The translations under genes were made by a program, and so were the position numbers. This document shows, one piece after another, positions 50,105 to 64,000 of a stretch of DNA of 64,000 nt (position 1 is its first letter; every line of letters begins with the position of its first letter). A model generated the notes under the pieces. It searched no databases and was not told the origin of the DNA. It saw only the letters and a list, made by a program, of their open reading frames with translations. The stretch is from Azolla caroliniana (taxonomy: Eukaryota; Plantae; Polypodiophyta): contig JBHGNT010000016.1 of assembly GCA_043228905.1 (NCBI GenBank), forward strand, positions 3,038,001-3,102,000, in the 5' to 3' direction.

Positions 50105-51030
50105 ATTATAGCCTCGAGTTGGAAACAAAAAATGATGAGACAAATATATGCTAGTTAGCATCCTGCTGATGATTTTCAAAAAATTAAGAGACTACATGCA
50201 TAATGCAATAATGCTAGATAATAAAGGCTCTGAAATTGTTTTCTTCAAGGTCTACACAATTCATGATTAAGATACTATGACATTATAGGACTTTAGGAAG
50301 TAAAAGACATAAAGACCAACACAAAGATCCTCACTAATGTTCATACACATTAGAAAGAAAGGCCCCTTTTGGAGAGGTAAGCGTTATGGCAATCCCACTA
50401 GGTAAATTCCAAGTAATCACAATGTTATAAATTTGTTAATATCAACACAAGATGGTGAACAAAATTTAAGGAGAAGAAATAGCTGAACTTTATCCACACA
50501 AATGCAATTTCATCATGAAGAAGTTTAAGGAGACTTAAGCTATTTCTCCACCAAAGCTTTTGCAAGAAATCTCTAGGCATTCCTACATTTACTATGTCAT
50601 CGTTGTATAGAAGTTTTAGTAGATAGACATCCAAGGTATAGCATTACAAGGTTTTATAGTGATTATAGTTATCCTTCAAGCAATTTCATGTGTAAAAGAA
50701 CCACTCAACATATACATATTACATCCAAAAGGTGAACTGATGGAACTATGTAGATAATTCAAACCTGGGCAATTATATGTTTGGCAGGACCAATTGAGAT
50801 ATGGCATATTAATCTGAAAGGTAAAGTTGTGGAGGGTGTAGATAAATGTCAAAAACAAAGAGCCTAGAAGTGCTGTAGCAAGTTAACAATCTTGGGAGTG
50901 CCTTTTCAAGGATACATTTCTAGGTTCAACTTAGATTCCACAACCAATACCTATGTAACCAGAAGAAATTGCACTTACATAGTTTTAAAAAACTATAAGA
51001 AATAATAAATGTATATGATGTATTCCATAC

Positions 51031-54000
51031 CTTAGGATTTGAGCTACACAAAAAAGATCTGGCTGAAAGCTATCTTCTTTCAGCATTTGTACAACACTCC
51101 TCAGGGCCTGCATACAAACAGTCAACATATCATCAAGTATCTAGTACAGAACTATCATCCATTTCCATATGCATCTACACAAATTTCTAAACTGTGATGG
51201 AAAATTTTATATTAAATATCAATATGTGCAAAAATACCATTTTTATTTATGAGCACAAAGTTGACAAGCTAGGCTCCCCATGGGCCATATCTTGATCTAT
51301 GATGTCATTTATCACTTTATTTTGATTTGTTCTCAAAGACGAGAAAACATTTAAGATATAATCTCTTATTCAGTCTTATAGGCCAGTTTGGCCTCTTAAA
51401 AGACGTTAATATATCTTTCTTTCAGAACAAAACAAAAGATATATGCATTCATCCAAATGGAGGTACTACATGATTGCATTTTTTATGAAAATTGTCTTGA
51501 TCCATTAACTCGATTTTGTCAATTTCAGTGATTCCAAACCATGGTGGACGATGATTAAAAGTCACAATAGATATCAGCATACACTTACAGAAGTATTTTT
51601 GAGGTCTGCACATGCTGAAAGAGCTGCATGATATACCGTCAAGCGCCGATCAACAATATTTGCACGGCCGCGTACAAAATCAATGGTGGGCAAACCATAA
51701 ATATACTCGTCGGTCTCATCAATTATATCCCCTCCATCTCGTCCACCTCCAAACATGTCTAGACCAGACCAACTTCTTGCCTGCCTTAGTATATCAAGGA
51801 TCTTTGAAGGATAAAAACTATGTGAGAAGTCAGATACAGTGAGCCTCATCAATAGGAACAGCAACTCAACACGCTTAGTATCTAACCTTATCAAATGTGT
51901 CATTTTTCTTCACTTGTTGATTTTTCTCTGCTGCTATGAGTGCAGCATAGCAATACTTGTTTAGTGCAAGTCCAGATTCTGTAATCCTTTGCACAACTCC
52001 TGCCCTGAAAACTTAAGAACAATTGTTCTTTATGCATATGTAATGGTAGTTATTCCAGAACAAACATCTATATACTCACGCTTCTTTTGGCAAACCTACT
52101 GCTCCGCATGCTCCTAGAAGTGCTGTTAATGTTTTCAATTTTGGACGCAAGCCAAAATGCAGCATCTCCTCTACAACCTTAGCAGACAAAGATAATAAAG
52201 TTGCTTTTTATTTTGAATAAATAAAAGATTGAGGTGAGCCCATGCCATATACACGCACTCTACAAATAAAGCCATGAAACTCAACTCTTCTCGCAATTTG
52301 AGCAAAAATCATACATTATTGCAAAATATTTAACGAGAACATCCAGGATCTATCATAGATGGAGTAAACATCTTGGTCAAAACATTCCCGTTGCTGTAGA
52401 ATATTTAAGTCAATCAACTTACCTTCCATGTTAAGCTTTAAATACTATTCAAAAATGGAAGATACTTAACAAGAATTTCCTGGATCTATCATAGATGTAA
52501 AGACTCACATCTTGGCCAAATTAATGACCCACTACTCAGATATGTACTAGCAAATTTCCTTGGGAATTGGACTTTAATGACCCGATTTATCTGGAATGAT
52601 TTATTTCTCATTACATTGGATGCATTCGTATAAGTTTCCTGGACATAACTCTCTTTCGTTCTGCCAGATGCAAAATGAAATTCCAAATGAGGTGTCAGTA
52701 TCTCGGAATGAACAGACTCAATAAAAATAAGTTTACAGCGTAATGGCAATGAACAGCTACACCATGTAAAGGATGAACCTGAAAAGCACGGCGCTGTTGG
52801 CGGCATCTACCACATGTTGCAATCAAGCAATTGAATGTCAAATCCTGAAAAAACATTTACATTTTATATTCATTGTACAAACCTCATCCTCAATTATTCT
52901 ACTACGTCTAAAATTTTATAAAAGTTTGATTCTGAAACCAACTCCATAAAATCTCGTCTATTACCAAATGCCCATTAAAACCATTACGAATCCATAAACT
53001 TACATCAGGGATATAGCCCATGCATTTCATCTCATCGTAAAAGTAAAAGGCGTCCTGTAGACGGCCACCTTTCATACATCCAACAAAGAGTGGTGCAAAT
53101 GTATCTGAAATTGGTTGAATGCCATCAAGGATCATGTCGTCATAAACATCGCGCAACAAAAATGGCCTACAGAAGCACGTGATTATGTATCATGTGAGAC
53201 AGATACATTTGATGGATCACTGCTATCACAAAAGCCATGAATAAGAATCAACGGTCAGAAATACCTGTTGAAATTATTTAGATTGTACAAAACATCGACA
53301 TATTGATTTACATCTCTTGCATAATTTCTTCTTTCATAATCAGCTGAAACTACAGACGAATAAAACTGCACTCTTCCAACGCTTCCAGTACACTGATATA
53401 GATCAGTACCACCTACTAAACGTTCACAAGTATAAGCATCTACCATTTGCAATTCCAAAATGAGCAATTAATATGATATAAGTATCAGATTTCACCACTT
53501 CAAACATGTTGCAAAACAGCATAAGCCAGCATAGCATGCCTCTTAATAAGTAGGAGAATTCTTTAATTCATTTGACAACCCATCTTACACTAATTCTATA
53601 TTACAGAGCTCTGATAATGATATAAATATGGCTGCTCAAACAACCATACAGAGTACTGTATATGAACATGGATGTTAGACAGCCCATGAGTTGTGTTGCA
53701 GATTTATGCAGATCAAAAGTCTACAGCACTTTATTGACCATCTTCTGGAATCCAAAATACATCGTGAAACCACTTCTTGAGCTAGAAAATAGTATAATTT
53801 TGTCTGTGATCAAGGAAATGACTCCATTTTGTGCCTCCTACATGGATAGAATCTCTATTTCCGAACCGCCATGGAAAATTAAAGAGTAATAAAACCATTT
53901 GTGCCGACATCTTTCCATTGGATAAGCATTTTACAATCAAATGAAAGACTTTGGAAATTTTCAAAAAAGCAGTGGTGTTCCTTATCTTATATGCATCGCA

Positions 54001-55732
54001 ACCTCATCACTTTCGTATACCCATCGGATGTAGTTATAGTATTCCGCACCCTTATTGGAATTTTATTTTGTTCAGATTGCTACAGAATGTAGAAAAAGCT
54101 TTCTTAGGAGCACTTTTATGTGGCTCTTGCCAGTAAGAACGCTTCGTGTGCCAATGAGTGAAATGTAGAGGCATGTATAAAGACATAGTAATCAAGCATT
54201 ACAAAGACAATGCACATAAAAGAATTTTGCAGAACAAGCATAAGGATGCATAAATGTTATAGTAGACAAGGCAGATTAAGTCAACTGATGAAGAATATGT
54301 GGAGTCAAGAGAAAGACTTCACAATATGTCAAAAACAGAACATGTAGCATGCTTCTGCTGTCATACAACCACTTTACAGTCAGTGCTCAAGGAAAGAATA
54401 ACAAATTTCTATGGGGTTTTATAGGGCATTGTGTTTTTCATCCCTGTAGGAGCTGACTTTTATCAACTTTTCCTGGAATAGTTGCTTTTCCGTACAAAGC
54501 TTTACAGACTCCATTTCACCAACTTACAAGATGCCTGCACCTATGGGATACGTAGTGGTATGGATGACTTCAAGGAGGTTTTACATATGCCATTTCACTT
54601 TCCTATAAGATACATTGCATCTATAAAAGTAGATTAAGTCAAAATATACACATGCACTGCAAGACTATAATATACAATATGCAGATAAACGGTTCGTCCT
54701 GAAACAGCCGCGAGAGAAAGCAAAAATATAAAAAAAACCTTTGGAATGTTTATATGTTAATCTTTCCTGTAGGCATATATACATTCATTGTGGAGAAGCA
54801 AATTTTCATACAAATGCAGTTACACAGAATTGTAGATACATACTATGCCACTATTAATCCTGAGCAAAATTTCCCACATGGTGTTCATGTAGAGGCAACT
54901 AAGAAATGTTTCACTCTCAAATTAGTTTTATGCACAGAAATTTGAGAAATAATTCATTCATAGTAACAAATGCACAGGCAGCTTAAAATGGTATTTATTT
55001 TTGCATAAATTCTATGCCAAGATTGTGAGAATAAATCTCCAATGTGATAAACCAGAGATATCTGACAAACAATATTTCTCCTGCAAGATTTTGATGCATA
55101 GAAATTTGAGAATGAATTTTTATACATTAGTATAGCAATACACGCTGATAAATTCTCGTTTTTTTCTGCATACAGAAAGCTGAGAAGTGCTCTTTCTCTG
55201 CTTAATTTTGTACACGAATTTTTAAAATGGATCAATCCTCACACAGACTAAAGGAAAAGAAACTCACGGCTCAGAAATGAGAAATGTTCCTCCTCTTCAT
55301 AGTTTTATACTTAGAAAATTGGAGAAATAATCCTCGCAGTATAGAGACTTGACAAAGGAACGTTTTTACACAGAAGCTTGAAACAAGAATGCAGCTAACG
55401 GAAGAAAACGCAATTTCTTCCTCTTACTAGTTTAAAAGTACATGAATTGGAGAGAAACCCGTCCTTCAAACGCAGAAATTTTGAGAGAAGGAAACCATCT
55501 TTCCACAGAAGATTGAACAGAAAAGAATCATCCTTACACAGATAAGGGAGGGAGGGAGGGAGATACAACTCCTTATAATACAGAAAAAGCAAGTTCAGAA
55601 ACAATCATAGCACGGTAGTAAATGCAATAGTTGTTTTTTCTCTGCTACATATATTTTACCCGGTGAAGATGAGGAGGAGAATATCAGCGATCCACGTCGT
55701 GCTGCATGTCGGATCAACAGACGAGCTGCCAT
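51031..55732 (-). CDS. mitochondrial P-type PPR protein, multi-exon, 5' two-thirds visible (resembles Arabidopsis At4g35850, from memory)
   Basis: Exon 1 at 55732-55660 reads MAARLLIRHAARRGSLIFSSSSSP (presequence-like). Later GT-AG exons: RRNYARDVNQY, LLRDVYDDMILDGIQP, KILDIL...LTVYHAALSACADLK, ALRSVVQMLKEDSFQPD. 3' exons not seen before the gap. Confidence 0.75.
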
Positions 55733-56769
55733 GAAACCTGCAGTCATTTGTGAACTTCTTCTTCTGTTTCGAGAAACAAAACCTGCAATCTCTGAAACTC
55801 TATCACACAGCAGAGGGAGTGATGCTGCTCGTTCTGCGAGTGTCTTCTAGTTCAAAAAAAACCCAAAGGCTTTTCGATAGGAAAAAAGATGTACATACTG
55901 TCTGTGTCTGTAGTTTCGGAAAATATGAGAGGAAATGCCCCTCTCACAAGAAGTAGCTTTACGCATATTTCCAGATCTACCCTTGACATATCCAAACAAC
56001 CAAAAAGGCTGATTGATGATTTATCGTCTGAATCACAATCATTCGATTCAACAAAAAGAGGCAAATTTTACGCACCCCAATTTTAATCGCCTCACAATTT
56101 TCCTCTACAACAAAGTGCTACTGGTTGTGTATCCATTCGATCGATCATCCGCTAATCTCGTCATGCCTATGAATAATAGCATGACCATGGTCCATAAGAA
56201 AAAGGGCCTTACGCATACGTTCGATTATCGACACCTCTAGAGTTTGCTTTCCATGTGTGACCATTAAACGTCAAATTTGTAGATTTGAACTTCATTAGGT
56301 TTGTTTTCTAGGGCCAAAGCCAACCCCTCTTTCAAGTGGGAATAATTTAGAGATTATGGTCCATGTATCCAAGATATACGAAGCTTAACAATAAATGTAT
56401 ACTCTCCCAACTAAATAAGAGTAGGTAACCATACGAATAAATACATATAGGGCATGGAGGCATGGTGGTGATGCATTGGTCATTATTATATGCTTGATTT
56501 GGAGTTCCCCGCTATGATGAACATGTTATTTACCTAATCTAGTAGGTGCTTCAGTTGAGCCTATATTGGCACCAAGACGTTGGTCCTTGACAAAGAGTTC
56601 ATATTACATACATTGACTCATGATAGACATTTTTCAAGACCAACCCTATCGAGGTATTGGTCCTTGACAAAGAGTTCAAATTAGATTGACTGACAATAGG
56701 CAATTTTTTAGGAACGATCCTATGAGGATGCATATTTGTTTCGTTCCAACACAAATTTTGCTCCATTGG

Positions 56770-57350
56770 AGTTTCGATTTCAGAAACAAATTATTGTCAG
56801 CGTTAACCCCAAAGTTTTATAAAACCATGACCAATAAAGAGACTTGCTCCCCACAGACCGCTACTACAAAAGCAACACCTGAAACACTTACACCATTCTA
56901 TATGTTTCAAAAACACACAATTTTGAGTGACTTCAAAACCAACGACTTGTGAGGCTTCACTCCTTTATATCTTTGGAACCGGGGGAGGTTTTGGGCGCAC
57001 CCCGAGTGTTGGAGTTTTGATTTCAAAAAACAAGTTGTCAATGTGTTAACCCCAGAGTTTTACAAACCCATGAGCAATAAGAGACTCGATCCTCATAGCC
57101 CGCTACTACAAACCAACACCCGAAACACCCACATCGTTCTATATGTTTCAATCATAGTACGTAAAATTCGTGTTCGTCTAGCATAACATTCGATTCCTCA
57201 CGTTGGAAAACGAATGCGAATGCACGTATGGTTCATAGTGTGGTTTCAATATAACACACAAAATTTTAGCGACTTCGTAACCAACTACGTACTTGTGAGG
57301 CTTCACTCGTTATCTCTTTGGAGAGCCCGGAGGAGGTTTTGGGCGCGCCC
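56770..57350. repeat. duplicated blocks in the RPL27a upstream region
   Basis: 56768-56910 resembles 57010-57150; CTTGTGAGGCTTCACTC...GGAGGTTTTGGGCGC at 56946 and 57292. Confidence 0.75.
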
Positions 57351-57367
57351 AAAGTGTGAAACGAGAA

Positions 57368-57376
57368 TTAGGGTTT
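57368..57376 (-). promoter_or_regulatory. telo-box (AAACCCTAA)
   Basis: TTAGGGTTT about 110 bp upstream of the RPL27a ATG, with a second CTAGGGTTT near 57434. Typical of plant ribosomal-protein genes. Confidence 0.65.
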
Positions 57377-57483
57377 TGATTCTTCCATATACACCATTCT
57401 CTTCACTGCCTGCTGCTTCCCTTTCTGCTCTCGCTAGGGTTTCGGCTGCTGGAGGAGACAGCAGCAGCAGCGGCAACACAGAC

Positions 57484-57869
57484 ATGACGACCCGTTTGAA
57501 GAAGAACAGGAAGAAGAGAGGCCATGTGAGTGCCGGCCATGGACGCGTCGGAAAGCACAGGAAGCATCCCGGTGGTCGCGGAAACGCTGGAGGTCTCCAT
57601 CACCATCGGATCTTGTTCGACAAGTTCCATCCTGGTTACTTCGGCAAGGTCGGTATGAGGTATTTCCATAAAACCATGAACAAGTTCCATTGCCCCATCG
57701 TCAACATCGATCGCCTGTACTCTCTCCTCCCTGACTCCGCTAAAGCCTCCCCCGGCGATGGAAAAGCTATCCAGCTCGATGTCACTCAATTCGGTTACTT
57801 CAAGGTCTTAGGTAAAGGTGAAGCTCCCCCTTCCCCTCTCGTCGTCAAGGCCAAATTCTTCTCGAAGCT

Positions 57870-57905
<36 letters not shown>

Positions 57906-57921
57906 CGTTCTCACTGCTTGA
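57484..57921 (+). CDS. RPL27A: 60S ribosomal protein L27a (uL15), 145 aa, intronless CDS
   Basis: [37 protein letters not shown]...[13 protein letters not shown]. Confidence 0.98.
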
Positions 57922-60823
57922 GTAGATCATTGTGTTTCTTTTCTTCTGTCTTATTCTGTTGTTAAAAAAAGGCATTTTGATTTAGTATCTCTGTAAGAAG
58001 ATGACGAAAAACAGTTTTGGATGCTTACTTTTAAACTTAATTCTAGAATCAGTTTATTTCTTGATGTTCGGTTCCTAGGCACGTATTCAAAGCTGTTTGT
58101 GATCTGGTTTCGTTCATTTCTTCGATGCATTATGATGGTTATCTGGATGCCGTGTATGTTGTTTCATGACTTATATTCTTTTCGCAATTGCAGAATTCTT
58201 CTCTTTGATCAAATAACGTTGAATAAAATAAATGTTGAATGTGCATTAATACTTGCACAGTACAGCTGTTTCTCCATCACGAGAGGTGCTCCCTCAGACT
58301 GCTACTGTCTGGACGATCAGGGCCTCTCGTAGACAGTTAGTAAAGGATTCTAATTATTCAGATGCGTGTGGATTGTTTTTGCTGGTGAAGCTGGCACTTT
58401 TACAGTCCACTTGATTAAGTTAGCAAAGGATTCTAATTATTCAGATGTGCGTTTGATGGATCCAAGTGAAGGAAAGGTTGATGTTATGGAATTGAGGTGA
58501 ATCCAAGTCTAGGAAAGACTGTAGATTTTGTGACTTGTGTGAGGGAAAGAACACTAATGGCATGAATTTGTAAGATGAGTATGGTTTTCTGAAGAGGTGC
58601 ATACTGCAGGCCATTGATGGTAGTTATTATCACTGAGTGTGTCACGGGCAGTGTCATTTGGTCATTTGGTCGGCATAGAAACTGCAAACTGTTTTTATAC
58701 TTTTGGTCACCATGGAAACTGCGAAATGTTTTTTCTTTTACTTTTGGTCACCATAGAAAATGCGAAATGGTGTTTTTACTTTCTCTGTGCTAGACTGCCT
58801 TGCATTGAGCAGCCAAGTTTATTTAATGAACTGGCTTTTGCCAGGTCAGTGCTTTGAACTTTCCACGTAGGTGTGTTTTGTTCGGTGGGTTTCCATTGGT
58901 ATTATCACTATGCATTATGGGTTACACAATGTGAAATGCTAAAGTGATTAGTGATCTCTCTTTCACCAAGACCTGGGGGTGTTAATTGAGACAACATAGG
59001 TATCATGCCATCATGTTGGCAAGTTAACGTATAATGCTGTTGTGGATGATTAAGATATCATCAATTTGTGAATTGCATGTGTGGTATTGGTGACATGGTG
59101 ATAGCGCTAATCCACATAATTTTAAATTTGCATCCTCGATGGTGAAGGTCTTATTCATTTTATGTGTTGCATGTTGGCCATGGATAATTTCTCCTCCTAG
59201 ACCTAAGAAGCTAAACTCACTTTCCTTGTTCTTTAATAGGTTGGGTTACATTATGAAAGCAATTTGTTATCACTTGCTTAATCATTAGTGTTATTATATG
59301 TTTAACATTAAACAAATGTGTGATTTATGACCAATCTAGAAATGGTGTGGGTGTGCAAGGTGTCATGACAAGAAATTGAAAGGAGACCATTTCCAACTAC
59401 AATTGATTGGAGATGATGTGGGTGTGAAATGGTATGGTTGTGAGATAAGTGCCATAACATGTGACTAAGCAATCAAAATGTGGGTGTATTATGTCATGTA
59501 GATGTTTAAGATTGAAAAAAGATTGGATCAATGTCAATTGGTTGCATCGTCAATGTGATAGGAGTGGTATGGTGCTAAATGTCCAATGAAGATAATGTAA
59601 AGTGATTGTTTATTAAACATGAAATCTTTAATTGAAGAACTCATGATTATGTGATACCTAGAGTCAAAGACCCAAGACTGATGATGAAATAACTTGATAA
59701 TGTAACTTTAGCAATTACACAATTCATCCAAGGAATTATTAAAAGATAACATGGTTATGTGATGCCTAGATAGGCAAGCATCAAAACTTCTAACTGCATC
59801 AAGACAATGTTTGTACTTTTAAATAGTTAAGCCACCAAAGTACCCCAAATCAAAACATGATCATTCAGCAAATATCATAGCCATAAATTCTACAACTAGT
59901 CTAATGTTAATCTTAAAATGGTTGGTTTGCACTTTGTTTTGAAGTGTTCATTGTTCTGAATTAACATTCGTTTCTTTTGATAGTGGATCACTCACACTCA
60001 TGCAAAAGATGAATATCCTTCATCTTCGTTACACTTCTAAATAAATTGTAATGTAGTTGTACATTACCAAACTACTATGCTTTTGAAGACATCCATTATA
60101 GGTTAACTTAGAGCTTTACTATTACGCTTAACTTCTTATGAGAAAATCTCAAGTGCATGATTCAAAACATATAGATAATAGTTTCAATACACAATCTCTT
60201 GAGCATATTACTACACCAATCAATAAAAGGTTTCAATGCATGTATAGATCTCAGGAAAATATGAGATGACGACAATGAATCCAGACACTAGAATGCCATT
60301 TTTCGCCCCATACATACAAATTTAGCTGGCAAGAGCACATTACCCATTAGGGTTTTTTTCACAAATTTGGCTGGTAAAAGTGCGTTACGCATCCAATTGT
60401 CCTCAATCATTGTTGGTAAAAACACACTGTATACATATGGTTTTCGGTATACAGAGCCGCTAAATATAGACACACATGTGCCCTAAGAGAACATATGTGG
60501 TGTTAAGGCCAAAATTTGTGTCATTTTTTTGAGTGAAAACTGATTTTCTTTTTTTTGAGTGACAGTGAACGATTTAACTTCTTCTATGTGCACTCCTTCA
60601 GCAGTTGTTGGGTTGCTAAACAAGAAGCAAGGCATTTCAATATGTTCTGTAACATACCTACGGAAATCCTTATGTTTGTGTAGAGATAAAAGATGTAATT
60701 TCAGATGGAATGGGTAATGGCGACAGTACTTGGTAAACCTCAGATGATCGGTGCCTTCAGGCAGTTTCAATGGAGAATGTGGTATGCATCCTCTGACAGA
60801 GAAAGACAACCATCGTAGCATAC

Positions 60824-62383
60824 ATGAATGCCCATTCTTGTGCACTGAAGAGTGTTGCAACATCTTTGAAGGGTATATGTAAACCTGACGACACAGGATG
60901 GATAACAAACTTGGTAGCCCTTGTGGACCCTTGCACTAACCTTATGTCCGTCGACAACTGCTTATGCATTCCATATGAATGCAAGAACTGGAGGGATGCA
61001 GATATTTCGAAACAAATGCATTCATGTACACGCGACAACAGGTTTGTGGCATCATTGAAGGAAATATATAAATCTCATGATACAGGATGGATAACAAGCT
61101 CGGTAGACCTTGGCGACCCTTGCCATAACCCTGTTTCTGTTGATGACTACTTATGCATTCTTCATGAATGCAAAAACCGAAGGGATGTGGATCTCGCGAA
61201 ACAAGTTCACTCATGTATACACAAGAATGGGCTTGAGACTCATCCTAACATTGGAAACCATCTCATCCCTATGCTTGTTGAGTGTGGAAGTGTTATTGAA
61301 GCTCACCGTGTCTTCGATAGTATGGTTTATCGGAATGTCCATTCATGGACTTCATTAATAATTGGTTATATCCGCAAGGGAGAGTTGATCTGTGCCATTC
61401 AGCTTTATGAAAAAATGCACACTGATCGGGTCGTCCCGAATAGTTATACACTTGTGGCGATACTGAAAGCTTGTATATTGCTAAGAGATTTTCAAAGAGG
61501 ACAAGGGATTCATGCATATATTATGGCGATTGGGGTTGAAACAGAGATTGTTGTAGGAAGTACATTGATTGATATGTATTCCAAGGTTTTCTCATTGCTA
61601 GAGGCTCACAATGTTTGTGATAAGTTGCCAAATAAGAATGTGGTGGCATGGAGTGCATTAATAGCAGGATATGCTGAAAATGATCAAGGGCATCCAGCAT
61701 TGAAGTGTTTCGAGCAAATGCAGGAAGAAGGCGTCCTTCCAAATCCTGTTACGTTCATATTTGCTATCAAAGCATGTGGCCTTGCTGGTGCTATCAATAA
61801 AGGTCGGCATATCCACACACAAATAATATATAGAGGTTTTGAAAGAGAGATCTTTGTTACTAATACCTTGATCAATATGTATTCAAAGAGTGGTTTACTT
61901 CAAGATGCGTATAGTACGTTTGAAAAGTTGCCGATCAAAGATATTGCATCATGGAATGCAATGATACAAGGGTATAGCATGAACCATGATGATGGTAAAC
62001 TAGCATTAGGTTTATTTGACAGTATGCACTTACATGGTGTGAAACCAGATGCCATCACATTTGCATGTGTTCTCAGTGCGTGCGGTCGAGCTAACCTAGT
62101 GGTTAAGGGTAGACAAATATTTAAAATGATGAACGAAGCTCATAGAATTTCACCCATGATGGACCATTTCACTTGTATGGTTGATCTACTAGCTAGAGCA
62201 GGGCAATTGGATGAAGCTGAGAAGCTTCTAGAATCTAGTCCATTTTCACCCCCTAAAGATATGTGGAGAGCTTTGCTTAGTGGTTGCATAAAGTATGCCG
62301 AAATAGGGATAGGACAGCGATGCATATTTCGGCTAGGTCATTTGGCCCCAGAATATCAACAAATATATATAAATGCAACATAA
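60824..62383 (+). CDS. PLS-class PPR protein (organellar RNA-editing factor family), ending within the E region, no DYW
   Basis: P-L-S triplets (NVHSWTSLI, NVVAWSALIAGY, DIASWNAMIQGY), HFTCMVDLLARAG and WRALLSGC. A 62 aa N-terminal segment is duplicated. True start uncertain. Confidence 0.85.
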   Translation: MNAHSCALKSVATSLKGICKPDDTGWITNLVALVDPCTNLMSVDNCLCIPYECKNWRDADISKQMHSCTRDNRFVASLKEIYKSHDTGWITSSVDLGDPCHNPVSVDDYLCILHECKNRRDVDLAKQVHSCIHKNGLETHPNIGNHLIPMLVECGSVIEAHRVFDSMVYRNVHSWTSLIIGYIRKGELICAIQLYEKMHTDRVVPNSYTLVAILKACILLRDFQRGQGIHAYIMAIGVETEIVVGSTLIDMYSKVFSLLEAHNVCDKLPNKNVVAWSALIAGYAENDQGHPALKCFEQMQEEGVLPNPVTFIFAIKACGLAGAINKGRHIHTQIIYRGFEREIFVTNTLINMYSKSGLLQDAYSTFEKLPIKDIASWNAMIQGYSMNHDDGKLALGLFDSMHLHGVKPDAITFACVLSACGRANLVVKGRQIFKMMNEAHRISPMMDHFTCMVDLLARAGQLDEAEKLLESSPFSPPKDMWRALLSGCIKYAEIGIGQRCIFRLGHLAPEYQQIYINAT

Positions 62384-64000
62384 CACTCTTTAAAAAAGTT
62401 CTTGAATAACTCATTCCAAAAGTTCTTGATCAGTTCTTCTCATTTATGGTGAAGTCCTTTGATTTTTGCATGGATAAAAAATACGCCCAAGGAACAGCAT
62501 TGTCTTGGTAAGCATTATCTGCGTGCCAGTATGGATCCAGGTGTGTCTCTTATAAAGAAAAGAGAGACTGACAAGACATTCTCAAGAACATTCTCGTCAG
62601 AAGAGTTGCTTGTGTGGCGAAGTGGTTCTGGTATGTGCATAGAAAAGAGAGGCACAATTATGAAGTGCTCAAATTTGTACTTTTCTACATGCGATTTTGA
62701 CGAGGATTCCAGAAGATAGGCTCAAGAAAAGGGTCATCACAAAAATCATTGATTGTCTATTAGATGGATGCAGTGTGTGGGATATAATGCCTGATAAAAG
62801 TATCACCATTGATACTTGTGTGGCAAACAGATGCAGTGCATGAGATATGAGACAAACAGAAAGTGCTAAAACGGCGCAAATTTTTACATGATATTAATTA
62901 CTGTCTTTGATTTTGGATGCATATTACAAGATATGCCCAAGAAAGACATCATCGCAAAAGTGTTACGTCTGTGTCAAAAGCATGCAATTTGTGGGATACG
63001 TGATGAAGTTCTAAACTTTTCAGCTTTTGTCATGAGTTTTGATAAGGAATCTATGTCGTTTTTGCATGAATTAACGTTATATGCTGAAGAAAAATATGCT
63101 GGGAAAACATTGCTCATGTGTCTAGTGGATGCATTGTCTTGCTAGGCATGAAAATGAAATGCTATAATGCAACTTTTACATGAAATTTTGACGAGGGGAG
63201 GCTTTGACTTTTTTGCATGAATCATAAGACATACCCAAGAAAGGCATCATCATAAAAAGCCTTGCTTGTCTCAAAAGGATGCAATGTGGATATGGATGCC
63301 TGATTATGAACTGCCAACATTTGTACAGTTTTTACAGCACATGAAAAACATTAATCCCATTTCTCGATATGAATCTATGACTTGAAAAACATTAATCCCA
63401 TTGCAAAGCACACGTTTTAACATATGCCAACATGTTTATATATATTGAACTCTTGAATTCCAGTAAGGCAATCTAGTGAATTTATGACAAATAATATGGG
63501 GATTGTCCGAAGTCTCTTATATGATGTGTAAAGGCAGTGTGTTCATAGATTGTGTTGTAGCATGTACAATCTTGTTTGCTGCCATATAAAACAAAAGACC
63601 GGTGTGAAATGCAACCTATGAAGTCGATCACCTTGTGCTACAATATTGAGCACATCTTAATACATGCACCATGTGGAGACAAGCAATATTATATAATTTT
63701 TGTACAATTTAATAGCAACTAATTTTGAAAATGTGATGACAACTAATTTTGATTCCTAAAATTGAATATGCTTGGAATGACAATCTCATTTACCAAAGTG
63801 ATTTGTCAACAATATTACAAAGTCTAGAATGCACAACAAAGTCATTTATCCACAGAATTTGAAGCACATTGAGGATGCATACAAGGTGTTAATATTCATA
63901 GCTTTGTTCAATAAATGTGTTTGGATACATAATTAAGTAGAGTGAAAACTCAATACACTCATGTCTAAATTACTATTACACATAAGAAATAGTCGATCAT

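Noticed and set aside
57214-57483. 90 aa N-terminal extension of RPL27a
   Set aside because: The conserved protein starts at ATG 57484; the upstream region holds telo-boxes and promoter repeats.

Overview
Eukaryotic land-plant nuclear DNA, most consistent with a fern or other non-seed plant (inference from the Sola-like transposon, the Trp-primed Gypsy clade and the PLS-type PPR gene). Host genes: a two-exon BAHD acyltransferase (6588-8246), two partial copies of a mitochondrial P-type PPR gene inside a 3.4 kb duplication, ribosomal protein L27a, and a PLS-class PPR gene. The rest is nested mobile DNA: a LINE 3' fragment, a 17 kb Sola-like TIR transposon, two Copia elements, a chromovirus, a small non-coding LTR element with a related solo LTR, and at least eight pieces of one tRNA-Trp-primed Gypsy clade. 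That clade is the most interesting system here. (i) Several divergent LTRs carry an outward-facing tRNA-like Pol III A/B-box cassette upstream of the TATA box. (ii) Insertions sit at 4-bp CpG-centred sites (ACGT/ACGC/TCGT). (iii) Young pol-less members encode a Gag capsid-like domain fused to a long disordered tail that ends in a conserved Trp/Arg motif. (iv) The autonomous member has a G_GAU_UUU_UAG -1 frameshift site between protease and RT. All comparisons were made by eye; no searches were run.
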